A stretch of 64,000 nucleotides of DNA, taken from positions 836,864 through 900,863 of the forward strand of contig JACOUP010000008.1 of NCBI GenBank assembly GCA_016177765.1, in the 5' to 3' direction. The position numbers and the translations under genes were made by a program. Under the pieces are notes generated by a model that saw nothing but the letters and a program-made list of their open reading frames with translations, searched no databases and had not been told where the DNA came from. The stretch's first letter is position 1. Every line of letters begins with the position of its first letter. This stretch comes from Deltaproteobacteria bacterium (GTDB taxonomy: Bacteria; UBA10199; JACPAL01; JACOUP01). Positions 39,111 to 48,715 of this stretch are shown here, one piece after another.

Positions 39111-39545
39111 TTATGAATTGCAAGAGCTACAACTCGCCGCTGTAGGTGTCGCGTAAACAACCCCCACCACCGCGCCATAAACGAGGTGACCGATCAGACT
39201 TCCCATGGCCGGAGCCACGGCACCGGAGAAGAATCCCATCCCCATCATCGGCATCACGACAATCTGGGCCATGAGCCAAGGGGCAATCCCGTACAAGGCA
39301 CCACGGATGATTGCCGGTCCGGGAAGTCTGTCACTAAAAAAGGTATACCCAAAGGCGAGAACCGTCCCGATCATAAAGTGGGCGACCCAACCGAGTGTCA
39401 CCGATCCCCCCATGACCCCGGCCAACATCCCCGCAATATCCATCTTCGGTAACCCCATCATCGGGGCGCCGAAGGTGGCAACGATGGTGATTGCCACCGT
39501 CCCCAGAATCCCTGCCAGAATCCCCTTCTTAATGTTGATCTTCAT
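39111..39545 (-). CDS. hypothetical membrane protein with C-terminal Cys cluster
   Basis: Start assigned to MKINIKKG with a Shine-Dalgarno upstream. Four TM helices; C-terminal CSSCNS. Confidence 0.45.
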   Translation of the reverse strand: MKINIKKGILAGILGTVAITIVATFGAPMMGLPKMDIAGMLAGVMGGSVTLGWVAHFMIGTVLAFGYTFFSDRLPGPAIIRGALYGIAPWLMAQIVVMPMMGMGFFSGAVAPAMGSLIGHLVYGAVVGVVYATPTAASCSSCNS

Positions 39546-39654
39546 AAGTCCCCCTTTTGTTTGGTTTCTATACGTTTTGATGCCGGGGACAGGAAAAAGT
39601 CTTGAGAGATTTTGTCTTCCCATTCCTTGAGATTATGCTAGATTTGCAACCCTT

Positions 39655-40278
39655 GTGGAAAGTCTTCCAAAATCCCAAGATGTTTCCCCCGTTGCCGCAT
39701 CTAACACCAGTGAGAAGGATTTGATTCGGGGCCTCCGCGAGAAGGCCGATTGGGCCTTTCGCGAATTGATCTCTCGCTGGTCGGATAAACTGTACCGGCT
39801 TTCACTCCGGTTCTTGAGACGCCCGGAGGAGGCCCAGGAGATCGTTCAGGAGGTGTGCTTGAAGGTGGTGGAAAAGATTGACACATTTGAAGGTTCCTCT
39901 TCATTATATACTTGGCTCTATCGGGTCACCGTGAACGAGTCGTTGATGAGGCTTCGGCCCGATAAAGGGAAGAAAACCGTTTCGTGGGAGGATGTCTTGC
40001 CAAAATATGAGAATGGCATCCACACGCAGGAGTTTTCGGATTGGGCAAAACTCCCGGACGAGAGGTTTGCCGAAAAAGAGATACAAGAGTTTGTCCAGTC
40101 GGCCATTGAACTCCTGCCCGATGATCTCAAAACCGCCTATCTCTTGAAGGATGTCGAGCAACTGCCGGAGGATGAGGTCTGCAAGGTTTTAGAGCTCACC
40201 AAACCAGCCATGAAAAACAGGGTTCACCGTGCCCGGCTATTCTTGAGAAAAAAGATTGAGGCGAAGTATGTCCGTTAA
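39655..40278 (+). CDS. RNA polymerase sigma-70 factor, ECF subfamily
   Basis: Region 2 (LYTWLYRVTVNESLMRLR) and region 4 motifs. Confidence 0.8.
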   Translation: MESLPKSQDVSPVAASNTSEKDLIRGLREKADWAFRELISRWSDKLYRLSLRFLRRPEEAQEIVQEVCLKVVEKIDTFEGSSSLYTWLYRVTVNESLMRLRPDKGKKTVSWEDVLPKYENGIHTQEFSDWAKLPDERFAEKEIQEFVQSAIELLPDDLKTAYLLKDVEQLPEDEVCKVLELTKPAMKNRVHRARLFLRKKIEAKYVR

Positions 40279-40555
40279 GCACAAAATGATCCGGGCCATG
40301 TTTGGCCTCATGGGACTCCCGACCTGTGAGGAGGTGGAACAGTTCGCCTACGACTTTTTGGAGGAGGCTTTGGATTCATCGACAATGAAGGCGGTGGGGC
40401 GACACCTCAGGGCGTGTAAGAATTGCCAGCGGTTCATCGCGGCCTATCGCAAGACGGCCGCGTTGGGGAAAATGTTTGAGAAACCGCAACTCGATCCGGA
40501 ATTCAAAGAGAGTCTCTTTGAGTTTCTGGTTCAAAAGGCAGGAGGAAGGGTATGA
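40256..40555 (+). CDS. zinc-finger (zf-HC2) anti-sigma factor
   Basis: C..H...C..C pattern (PTCEE...HLRACKNCQRF). Overlaps the sigma factor stop. Confidence 0.6.
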   Translation: MRRSMSVKHKMIRAMFGLMGLPTCEEVEQFAYDFLEEALDSSTMKAVGRHLRACKNCQRFIAAYRKTAALGKMFEKPQLDPEFKESLFEFLVQKAGGRV

Positions 40556-41175
40556 AAGAGATTTTGATTCCGCTCGGTGTCAGTTTTCTCTCCGGGATGA
40601 TCTTGGGACTGGAACGGGAGATGTCGCACAAACCGGCCGGACTCCGCACCCAGGTCCTTGTGAGCCTGGGGACGACCCTCTTTATTATTTCGGGGCAGTT
40701 GTTTGGCGGAGAGGTCATCCGACTTGCCGCCAATGTGTTGACCGGGTTGGGGTTCTTGGGGGCCGGTGTCATCTGGCAACAGAAGGGAAATGTTCGGGGA
40801 CTCACAACGGCGGCACTCATCTGGGTTAATGGAAGCCTTGGCGTTGCCATCGGATTTCAACAATACGTCTTGGCCGGTGCAGGAGTTCTTCTCACTCTCA
40901 TTGCCCTGCGGCTGTTGGGATTTGTCGAAGAAAAAATTAAGAGCAAGTGTCGGGTTTTCCGTTACGAGGTTGTCACAAAAGAGAATGAAAAAGTCTTGGA
41001 GACGATCCATGAAGCCTTGAATCGTTGTCATTTTCAGGAAGATCCACTCACCTTTGAAAAAGGGGCTGATGCAGTCACGGTTCGTTTTGCCTTTTGCAAC
41101 CCGCCGTTACGGCATCAGGAGTTTGTCGAAAAACTTCGCAAGATGACTGATGTCCTCGGGGTCAAAACCGAATGA
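40552..41175 (+). CDS. MgtC/SapB family protein
   Basis: GLEREMSHKPAGLRT signature of the MgtC family. Confidence 0.8.
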   Translation: MKEILIPLGVSFLSGMILGLEREMSHKPAGLRTQVLVSLGTTLFIISGQLFGGEVIRLAANVLTGLGFLGAGVIWQQKGNVRGLTTAALIWVNGSLGVAIGFQQYVLAGAGVLLTLIALRLLGFVEEKIKSKCRVFRYEVVTKENEKVLETIHEALNRCHFQEDPLTFEKGADAVTVRFAFCNPPLRHQEFVEKLRKMTDVLGVKTE

Positions 41176-41798
41176 CCGATGAGAATCACCGTCTACGATT
41201 AAAATACCAATGGACCTCATGGGTCTATGACCTCCTCGATTATCCGTGGGAGCGGCAATACCGAAAGTGGCGGCCGGAGATCTTGAAAGACGTTAACGGC
41301 CGGGTTTTGGAGGCCGGAGTCGGAACAGGACACAACCTGCGTCACTATTCTTCGTCCGTAAACCTCACTGCCATTGACTTAAGTTCGGGGATGCTTGGTC
41401 AGGCGCGAAAACGGGCAAGACAGGTCCGATGCAGAGTGGACCTCCAAGAGGCCGATGCCACAAACTTGAACCGATTCACCGATGGAATTTTTGATTGGTA
41501 CGTCTCGACTTTCATGTTCTGCGTAATGCCCGACCGCTTGCAACCTATTGCCCTGAAAGAGATGGCGCGAATTCTTAAACCGGGGGGGAGGTTCCGCCTG
41601 ATTGAGATCCTTTATTCCAAAGACCGCGCCCTACGACTCCGCCAGAAAATCCTCGCTCCGTTTGTCGAGTTTGTCTATGGGGCACGGTTCGATCGAAAAA
41701 CCTTGGATCATCTTCGCGCGTTTCCATCGCTCAAGGTAACTCGCACGACCTATTTGAAGGCGGATACCTATCTCTTGATTGAAGGGGAAAAAATTTAA
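41172..41798 (+). CDS. class I SAM-dependent methyltransferase
   Basis: [10 protein letters not shown] motif I and post-I acidic residue. Confidence 0.75.
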   Translation: MTDENHRLRLKYQWTSWVYDLLDYPWERQYRKWRPEILKDVNGRVLEAGVGTGHNLRHYSSSVNLTAIDLSSGMLGQARKRARQVRCRVDLQEADATNLNRFTDGIFDWYVSTFMFCVMPDRLQPIALKEMARILKPGGRFRLIEILYSKDRALRLRQKILAPFVEFVYGARFDRKTLDHLRAFPSLKVTRTTYLKADTYLLIEGEKI

Positions 41799-43837
41799 GG
41801 ATTATATTTTTCAAAATCGTTGATGAGCTTTTTGGCTTCTTCCAAGCTCGTTGTCGGGCGCTTGCAGATATTATTCTCGCAGACGTAGATCGTTGGTTGA
41901 TCGTTCTGCATTGTTTTGCCTTGCAGGATCGCGGGGTATTTTGAATCACCGAGAGGGGCAGCCTCCCCCATTGCCAAGACCTTGTTGGGGATAAAAGATT
42001 CAAAAAAGAATTTTCTGATTTCCAGCATTGTTGGATCATCCAGCCTTCCGACGACGGCCACCTCTTTGGACCGATCGAGGTGATAATCAATAGCTGTCAT
42101 CAGCATGGAATACCCGGCGGGGTATGAGGCGGCAATGCCCGACACGGCGTTCAAAAGTTCCCCCAATCTCTTTTGATACCCTTGATCGAGGGTCAGATCA
42201 TGAAGTTTTAAGAGATTGAGGACCGAAACGGAATTTCCGGATGGGGTGACACCATCATCAAATTCTTTCTTACGAACCAGAAGTGATTTTTCTTCCGCCT
42301 CGGCCAGGTAATAGCCGCCATTCTTTTGATCCCAAAAGAGTTTATCCTGCTGGGATTGAAGATCGACTGCCCACCCAATCCATTGCGGGTCAAAGTCGCT
42401 TTCATACAGGGTGAGAAGACCATGGATGAGAAAAGAATAGTCGTTGACCGTTCCGGAATAGCGGCTCTCGCCATCGCGGTATCTCCGTAAAAGTTTTCCG
42501 TCCTGATATAGCTTTTGCCGGATGAAGGCGGCCGACTTCCGGGCGGCATCGAGATAACGAGCCTCTCCCAAGACCTGGTATCCCTTTGCCATGGCGGCAA
42601 TCATCAACCCGTTCCAGGAAGTCAGGATCTTGTCGTCCTTGTGCAACGGCGGGGCTTTAGATCGTTCTTCCTTGCTGAGACGATAATAATCTCCCTCTTT
42701 TCCGACCTCACCGGCATCTTGTGCAGAGTAAAATCCCCCTTCGGGGTGGGTCATCTCCCTCAAGACATAATCAAGGGATTGTGTGACAACCTCGGCATAC
42801 CTTTGCTTTTTGGTGATTTGGTATGCTTCGAGATATGTCCAAACGAGGAGCGCATTGTCGTAGAGCATTTTTTCATAGTGGGGTTCATTCCAGTCTTTAT
42901 CTGTTGCATAGCGATGAAACCCGCCTCCAATGTCGTCATAGATACCTCCACGGGCCATCGCATCAAGGGTTTGCGTCACCATGGCAAGGGCCTTGGGGCT
43001 GCCCGTCCTGCGATGGATTCTCAAGAGAAGTGAAAGCTCCATGCTGTGTGGAAACTTCGGTGCACCTCCGAAACCACCGTTTGTTTTGTCGAAGTTTTTC
43101 TCCAACTGTTGAAACGTCTTTTGGAGAGTGCGGGTATCCGCATTTGCCGTGCCGGAGACTTCGCTTTCTTTTTGAAGAAACTCGGTGATTTTGGTCCCCG
43201 ACTCCAGAATCTTTTCCGGATTCTTTTGCCATGAGTCCTGAATTTGAGAGAGAAGTTGAAGGAATTGTGGACGCCAGAAGAACGTTCCGCCAAAAAACGG
43301 TTTCAAATCGGGAGTCAGAAAAATAGAGAGCGGCCAGCCGCCGCGGCCGGTCATCCCGACGACCGCATCCATGTAGATTTGATCGACATCCGGGTGTTCC
43401 TCCCGATCCACTTTAATACTGATAAAATCTTTATTGAGGATTTCCGCAACATCCTCTCTTTCAAACGAATCTTTCTCCATCATGTGGCACCAGTAGCAGG
43501 TCGAATAACCGATGGAGAGAAAGATGATCTTGTTTTCCTCCCGTGCCGCTCGAAAGGCTTCATCGCCCCACGGGAACCAATGAACAGGATTGTCTTTGTG
43601 CTGGAGAAGGTAGGGACTTTTTTCTTCGCCGAGGCGGTTGTATTTTTTGATGGAGGTTTTGCCTTGATTAGGGTTGACGGACTCGACGCGGGAAGAAAAA
43701 TAATCTCCCTTCCAGAAGGCAATGGCCCCCAGTATCAGTACGCCATCCCTCCTGACCTGCTCGTGAAGATCGTCCGGGAGAAATTCATTGAGAAGACCCC
43801 AACGCTGACGCTCCTCCAAAGGTATCCCAGCGATCAA
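41795..43837 (-). CDS. thioredoxin domain-containing protein YyaL (DUF255 + six-hairpin glycosidase-like domain)
   Basis: SPYLLQH...WFPW...[11 protein letters not shown] thioredoxin-like N-terminus, then a long alpha/alpha-toroid region. Confidence 0.8.
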   Translation of the reverse strand: MIAGIPLEERQRWGLLNEFLPDDLHEQVRRDGVLILGAIAFWKGDYFSSRVESVNPNQGKTSIKKYNRLGEEKSPYLLQHKDNPVHWFPWGDEAFRAAREENKIIFLSIGYSTCYWCHMMEKDSFEREDVAEILNKDFISIKVDREEHPDVDQIYMDAVVGMTGRGGWPLSIFLTPDLKPFFGGTFFWRPQFLQLLSQIQDSWQKNPEKILESGTKITEFLQKESEVSGTANADTRTLQKTFQQLEKNFDKTNGGFGGAPKFPHSMELSLLLRIHRRTGSPKALAMVTQTLDAMARGGIYDDIGGGFHRYATDKDWNEPHYEKMLYDNALLVWTYLEAYQITKKQRYAEVVTQSLDYVLREMTHPEGGFYSAQDAGEVGKEGDYYRLSKEERSKAPPLHKDDKILTSWNGLMIAAMAKGYQVLGEARYLDAARKSAAFIRQKLYQDGKLLRRYRDGESRYSGTVNDYSFLIHGLLTLYESDFDPQWIGWAVDLQSQQDKLFWDQKNGGYYLAEAEEKSLLVRKKEFDDGVTPSGNSVSVLNLLKLHDLTLDQGYQKRLGELLNAVSGIAASYPAGYSMLMTAIDYHLDRSKEVAVVGRLDDPTMLEIRKFFFESFIPNKVLAMGEAAPLGDSKYPAILQGKTMQNDQPTIYVCENNICKRPTTSLEEAKKLINDFEKYNP

Positions 43838-44003
43838 GAAAACGAATACGTCAGTACCATCGCCCTTCTCGACGTTCCGGAGTCAGAGGTCAGAGAGATG
43901 CTCAAAGACCAACCTCAATTCCTCGCCCACTTCCTCGATTGCCGAATCCATGCAAGAGAGGTGCTGGAAGGAAAACTCGCCGACCTAAAAACACACCTTC
44001 GGG

Positions 44004-44273
44004 TCAGTTGAGCTTGGAGGTCTTGAACCCCGTCTTGTTCGCTTCCTGAATGATCTGGTCAGCGGTCGCGGGTGATCCGTACTTGCAAATCCCCTCTCCC
44101 TTTTCCCGATCAATCGTGATCTCCTTGCAGAGTGATGAGAGTTGCTTCTTGACCTTCGCCTCGCACATCCCGCAGGTCATCCCCTCGATCTTCATCTTGA
44201 GAGTCTGTGGTTCCGCCGCTGACAGCAGTCCCGGCAGAAGTAATGCCATGACGACAGTGATGATTTGTTTCAT
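44004..44273 (-). CDS. merP: periplasmic heavy-metal-binding protein MerP-like
   Basis: Signal peptide then an HMA domain with GMTCGMC. Start at MKQIIT, preceded by GGAGG. Confidence 0.7.
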   Translation of the reverse strand: MKQIITVVMALLLPGLLSAAEPQTLKMKIEGMTCGMCEAKVKKQLSSLCKEITIDREKGEGICKYGSPATADQIIQEANKTGFKTSKLN

Positions 44274-44563
44274 TTTGTTCCTCCTTGGATTTCTTTGACT
44301 GCCTTTGCAATATCTCCCAAACAGCAACTCTTCTTTGGATTGACAGCTTCGCACCGACAGTTACCGGCTTTTATTTGCGCCCTTAAAAAATCCGGTATTG
44401 TTGTCTTTCCGGTTTTTTTGATCTCCTGCTCGATATCCTGCCTAAAAATATGAAAACAGTAACAGATCGGCGATGAATCATACCTCTCTTTCACAGGAGA
44501 TGCCGGGGCTTGGGCTGTCTCCTTGTCGCTGACTTCACACTCTCCGTCAGAACAGTTTCCCAT
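44270..44563 (-). CDS. Cys-rich BFD-like [2Fe-2S]-binding domain protein (tentative)
   Basis: ICYC...CRC...SCC cysteine pattern with spacing reminiscent of BFD-like domains. Sits between merT and merP. Confidence 0.4.
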   Translation of the reverse strand: MGNCSDGECEVSDKETAQAPASPVKERYDSSPICYCFHIFRQDIEQEIKKTGKTTIPDFLRAQIKAGNCRCEAVNPKKSCCLGDIAKAVKEIQGGTK

Positions 44564-44573
44564 AGTTGGCTCC

Positions 44574-44918
44574 TTAAGATGCAATCAAATGCGGTCCGAT
44601 CAAAAAGATCGCCGCCAATGCCGTTGAGATCCACAAGAGAATCTTCGTCCATTTCTGACTCGTCGGGTTGCAGAGCTTGGCATCCTCGCCTGCCTTGCCG
44701 GCAGGCAGGCAAACCGCCTGTTTCCTTCCATAAACCAGGTAAAAGGCGGTCCCCAATAAGAGGATGGTCAGGATCGTAAAATACTTCTGATAGGGGACCA
44801 GGGCCGAGGCAAAACCAACAGTTCCGGTCAGTCCCAACAAAAGAAGCGGCAAGGCACAACAGGAACCGAAAAGGGCGGTCGCACTCGCCCCAACGGCGGT
44901 GATTCGTGAGAGTTGCAT
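44574..44918 (-). CDS. merT: mercuric ion transporter MerT
   Basis: Three TM helices with the GSCCALPLL vicinal Cys pair in TM1 and a second Cys pair (C..C) in the cytoplasmic loop. Confidence 0.7.
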   Translation of the reverse strand: MQLSRITAVGASATALFGSCCALPLLLLGLTGTVGFASALVPYQKYFTILTILLLGTAFYLVYGRKQAVCLPAGKAGEDAKLCNPTSQKWTKILLWISTALAAIFLIGPHLIAS

Positions 44919-45349
44919 CAGTTCTTTCCCCCTCTCTTTCGACGACCTGCCGACTCGATAATCTCACAAATGCAGGTCGTTTTACTCTTGCGAACCCTTT
45001 TCCAATTTCTAAGAAGACCCCCGATTGTTTTCTTCAACCGACCCATCTCCTTCATCTTTTGATGCAGGGTCGAGATTTTCGTCTCAAGGAGTTCCACCAC
45101 ATGTTCGCAGGGCTTTCCTTTAAGCCTCTTTGCCTCGATCACCTTCTTGATTTCATCAAGGGTCAATCCAAGCCCCTGTGCCGTCTTGATGAATCGGATA
45201 ATATCAATTGTTTCCTGCGGATAGAGACGGTAGCGAGAGGAAGACCTCGGAGCCACAGGGACGAGACGCTCCTTTTCATAGTACCGGACCGTCCACGGAT
45301 CGACACCACACTGTTTTGCCAACTCGCCAATAAACAACCCCGAATGCAT
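44918..45349 (-). CDS. merR: MerR family transcriptional regulator
   Basis: N-terminal HTH (IGELAKQCGVDPWTVRYYE), coiled-coil, and C-terminal cysteines. Its stop abuts the merT start. Confidence 0.8.
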   Translation of the reverse strand: MHSGLFIGELAKQCGVDPWTVRYYEKERLVPVAPRSSSRYRLYPQETIDIIRFIKTAQGLGLTLDEIKKVIEAKRLKGKPCEHVVELLETKISTLHQKMKEMGRLKKTIGGLLRNWKRVRKSKTTCICEIIESAGRRKRGGKN

Positions 45350-45406
45350 AGAGGCATTATAAACCTTTGAGTCGACTCTAAGGTCAAATTGTTTTTTTAC
45401 GGCATC

Positions 45407-45695
45407 CGGCGTTCGGCGCCGTTCTCATCCCACCAACAGAATTCAATAAAAAAGCCTCCACGAGGGAGGCTTTTTTTATTGATGCTCCGGGGGTGGGATT
45501 CGCCCTTCGCTAAAGACAGGCCAATCACGCTCAGGGCGTCAGCGCCTCACTTCCGGCGGCCGGAATTGGCCGCCTCATCCTCCCTCATCGGTCGGCGTTC
45601 GGCGCCGTTCTCATCCCACCAACAGAATTCAATAAAAAAGCCTCCACGAGGGAGGCTTTTTTATTGATGCTCCGGGGGTGGGATTCGAACCCACG
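45407..45695. repeat. Composite repeat copy B (U2-U1-U2), ending in a tRNA 3-prime-end-like fragment (T-arm GTGGG-TTCGAAT-CCCAC + acceptor half, minus-strand sense)
   Basis: U2 at 45407..45488, U1 at 45489..45592, U2 at 45593..45673, tRNA-like 3-prime fragment at ~45670..45694. No D or anticodon arm follows. Confidence 0.85.
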
Positions 45696-45797
45696 ACCAA
45701 GTGATTACAGGTTCCCCATCACTTTCATGATGGCCTGGACTATCTCTTTACCCTCTTTTAGAGGGTAGTGGGCGCTCGAGGGGAGATTATTCTTTCG

Positions 45798-46232
45798 TCA
45801 CTCCCTAGTCTCTGCACCTTCCTCCCACTTTTGAGGTTGGGAAGCTTGGCTCAGGATTGCCGTGTCCCTTAGCTGGGATTTAGGGTTCCCTGAGTTCACC
45901 CACTTTTCGACCACGGTCACCCGTGGAAGCTGCATTGAGGCATGGGTTTCACGGTGACAATTCGCACAGAGCATCACACATTTATCCAATTCCTTTTGGA
46001 CACGTTGCCAACTTCGCGAATGACCATACTGCGAAATGGCAAAATCCTTTTGGAGAGGATCTAAATGGTGAAACTCCAAGGCCTCCAGGCATTTCATGTA
46101 ACCGCAAAGGTTACATTGGCCGCCTTTGTAGTCGATTGCCATTTGACGGACTTTCTTTCTCCGTTTAGCAACCGCCTTAATATTCGCTTCTCGGCGGTCC
46201 TGATACCTTCTTGTCTCCCGTCTAGCCACCAT
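45798..46232 (-). CDS. HNH endonuclease family protein
   Basis: CNLCGY...HHLDP...CANCH HNH/zinc-finger motif. Confidence 0.75.
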   Translation of the reverse strand: MVARRETRRYQDRREANIKAVAKRRKKVRQMAIDYKGGQCNLCGYMKCLEALEFHHLDPLQKDFAISQYGHSRSWQRVQKELDKCVMLCANCHRETHASMQLPRVTVVEKWVNSGNPKSQLRDTAILSQASQPQKWEEGAETRE

Positions 46233-46418
46233 ACCTCCTTTCTACAGTCACCTACTCTGCCGCTGAGCTACCCCGGAAAAAATAGGATGCCGACCTGGTT
46301 TCCTAACAGATGTCCAGAGACGGTTCAAGTGGAGAATTTCAAAGCGTTTTTAGTGTTCCCTCTAGTCTTCCTACCCAAAAAGTGATAGATTGGGCAAAAT
46401 CTAAAAAAAGGGGGGGGT

Positions 46419-46913
46419 ATGTTTTCCAAAGAATCGTTGGCCATTCTTGTTTCCGTCATCGGGTTCGGTTTGTGGCTCGGGTGCGGTGGGGACAGCAGTA
46501 CGAGCAAGACAGATACTCCTACAAAAACCAGTTGCGATGGCACGGTGGAGACGGCGTTGGTTGGCAATTGGCGGATTTTGACGGAGACCAAATATTATAC
46601 GAATAGCCTTCCCCCCTCCACGGTCACCCCTCCCAGCACGTTGGTGGTGCTGGATGCCGACGGTGGCTGGACCTTCGGCTCCTCGAGTGGCACCTGGTGT
46701 GTCGCCTCGATTGTCGCCAGTGACTGGACCACCTGGGCCATCGCGGATTATGGAGCCAAGCGGAAATTGATTTTAACCAACTGGAATGACACGACGGAAC
46801 AGGGACCGATCGATGAACCGACCGGTGCCATCGATAACCTCTGGATCATCTACAGCGATACCGGCGATAGCGGCCCCGGCACGATCTGGATGAAATTGGG
46901 GGCGAGTGGTTGA
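46419..46913 (+). CDS. hypothetical lipoprotein
   Basis: Signal peptide with lipobox LGCGG. Confidence 0.5.
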   Translation: MFSKESLAILVSVIGFGLWLGCGGDSSTSKTDTPTKTSCDGTVETALVGNWRILTETKYYTNSLPPSTVTPPSTLVVLDADGGWTFGSSSGTWCVASIVASDWTTWAIADYGAKRKLILTNWNDTTEQGPIDEPTGAIDNLWIIYSDTGDSGPGTIWMKLGASG

Positions 46914-46991
46914 AAATAACCCTTTAAAACCTGATAAATACCCCGCAACGATCCTTGAGGACAGACGATAAGTCTCGTCAATCGAGGATTT

Positions 46992-48641
46992 ATGGGGCTA
47001 ACACAAAGTGATGCTTTAGGCCTTAGGGATACGCTGACCAGTCTTTGGAATCGCGCCCGTCGGGAACAATATTCCCAAGTCCCAACGTCGGAGCAGATGA
47101 CTAGGGCCGAACAGGCATTGGATTGGCTCGCGGCCGGAGAGAGTGACAGGCTCGCCGAGGACGCAAAGGCCCAAGAGGCGTTGCGGGTGGTCCTCTCTTT
47201 TGGCGGGCGGTACCTCCATTTTTCGCGGGAGGCCAGCTTTGCCAACCTCCTTGCTGAGGCATGGACCGTTTTAAGGAGAATCGTTGAGGGAGGGAGTCCG
47301 CCGGCCGCTGGCAAGGCGGCGCCAACGCAACCTTTTAGTCCCTCTCTTTTTTCTGCAAGCCCCTTTCCCCCATTGCTCCGGGCAGACGGCTTTGAGAAGA
47401 CCTTTGAAGGGTCTCTCGATCAGGTTCGTCAGGCCTTGAGGGGATCACCCGAGGGGGGCAGGATTTTTACACCCCAGGAGGCCGACCTTGTCAGTCGGGA
47501 TATAGAAACCCTCCAGCGAATCATAACCGATGAAATAGTCCCGCGGTTTGGCATCTATCTCTCACCGAGATACAGCGTAGTCGTTCTTTCCAGACAGGGG
47601 GCGCCGTATGCCTGGATCATCCGGCACCGGCCGACAGGGCATGTGGTGACCAGCCGGTTTTCTGACCAACGGAGACCTTCTCTCATTTTTCCTTTTTCCC
47701 GGAAAGAGGTGATGCTCCGTTTTGACCGGCAAACCGACACCCTCTTTTTAGCCGGGAGAACGGCGGCTGGGAATCCATTCTCACTGGAGGGGCGTTTTGC
47801 CCGTTCCTCGGAGGGACGGTTTATTCGGGTTCAGGGCAGGCAGAGGGATGCTGACCCCTGGATCCGAAATTTTTTTGGCATTGATGAATGGCTGCAAGAA
47901 ATGTGCGGGGCTAAGGGGGATAATGAGGGTGACCGGGTCGATTATTTTCGTGCCGGGAACGACCGGATGCTCACCCGGTGGGACCCCTCGGGACTTTTTA
48001 AAGATGCCACCGTACAGAATTGGAAGGGAGGACTCTTTGGTTTAAGTCCGGTTATTGCCAGAGATGGACGTCGTTACCATTATGACCCGGGTAAGAGGCT
48101 TTACCCTCGATGGGCCGGCATTGTCAGGGGGCCCAACCAGCGACCGATCGTCTTTGAGCAGGTCCACGACCTGGGACTCAATGTTATTCGTTACGAGATC
48201 GCCCACCCCTACCTTGTTGCCCGTCTGGAGGTTCTGGGTGTTTCGGAGGTCGAGATCATCTTCCGTTTGGTCGAGGAGGATGGCGATTCCATGCAGGTTC
48301 GGGTCGATTTAATGGGAGAAGATGTGATTTTGGAACCGGAGGGAGGCCGAGGTCGGGGAGGCCCCGGGTTCGCCCCTGTTGGTCCTTCACCATCCATCGT
48401 GCCTGGCGATCCAAATACCCCTTTTCGAACGGAAGGACTTCGGACAGTATGGGAAGGGCTGACTCCTGGGGAGAAGGCACAATTTGGGAACCTGCCGGAA
48501 GGGTCGGGTGACACACCATTGTATGAAGCACTCTTGGTCGAGAGGGTCGGTTCAGAGGCGGTTCACGGCGGGGTCCTTTTAGAACGGGGGGCGGCGGAGA
48601 GGGCGGCCCTTGGGAGTCGCCGGATGGTTTTTGAACGATGA
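46992..48641 (+). CDS. hypothetical protein (549 aa, no recognisable domain)
   Basis: Long ORF with strong GC3 bias; Arg/Gly-rich; no motif recognised by eye. Confidence 0.5.
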   Translation: MGLTQSDALGLRDTLTSLWNRARREQYSQVPTSEQMTRAEQALDWLAAGESDRLAEDAKAQEALRVVLSFGGRYLHFSREASFANLLAEAWTVLRRIVEGGSPPAAGKAAPTQPFSPSLFSASPFPPLLRADGFEKTFEGSLDQVRQALRGSPEGGRIFTPQEADLVSRDIETLQRIITDEIVPRFGIYLSPRYSVVVLSRQGAPYAWIIRHRPTGHVVTSRFSDQRRPSLIFPFSRKEVMLRFDRQTDTLFLAGRTAAGNPFSLEGRFARSSEGRFIRVQGRQRDADPWIRNFFGIDEWLQEMCGAKGDNEGDRVDYFRAGNDRMLTRWDPSGLFKDATVQNWKGGLFGLSPVIARDGRRYHYDPGKRLYPRWAGIVRGPNQRPIVFEQVHDLGLNVIRYEIAHPYLVARLEVLGVSEVEIIFRLVEEDGDSMQVRVDLMGEDVILEPEGGRGRGGPGFAPVGPSPSIVPGDPNTPFRTEGLRTVWEGLTPGEKAQFGNLPEGSGDTPLYEALLVERVGSEAVHGGVLLERGAAERAALGSRRMVFER

Positions 48642-48715
48642 GATCACCAATCTTCTTGGAGATTTTTACCCGGGGGCTAAGGCGTTTTTATGTTATTGAC
48701 ATTTATGCAGTATAA

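Noticed and set aside
45389-45667. 92-aa ORF with internally duplicated peptide (…RRSAPFSSHQQNSIKKPPRGRLF… twice)
   Set aside because: The duplication simply reflects translation of the tandem U2-U1-U2 DNA repeat, including a terminator hairpin. It is not a plausible protein.
45670-45790. Possible complete tRNA on the minus strand starting from the T-arm at 45678-45694
   Set aside because: Only the T-arm and the 3-prime acceptor half are present. The next ~90 nt contain no acceptor 5-prime half (CCCCCGG complement), no D arm and no anticodon stem, so this is a partial tRNA end only.
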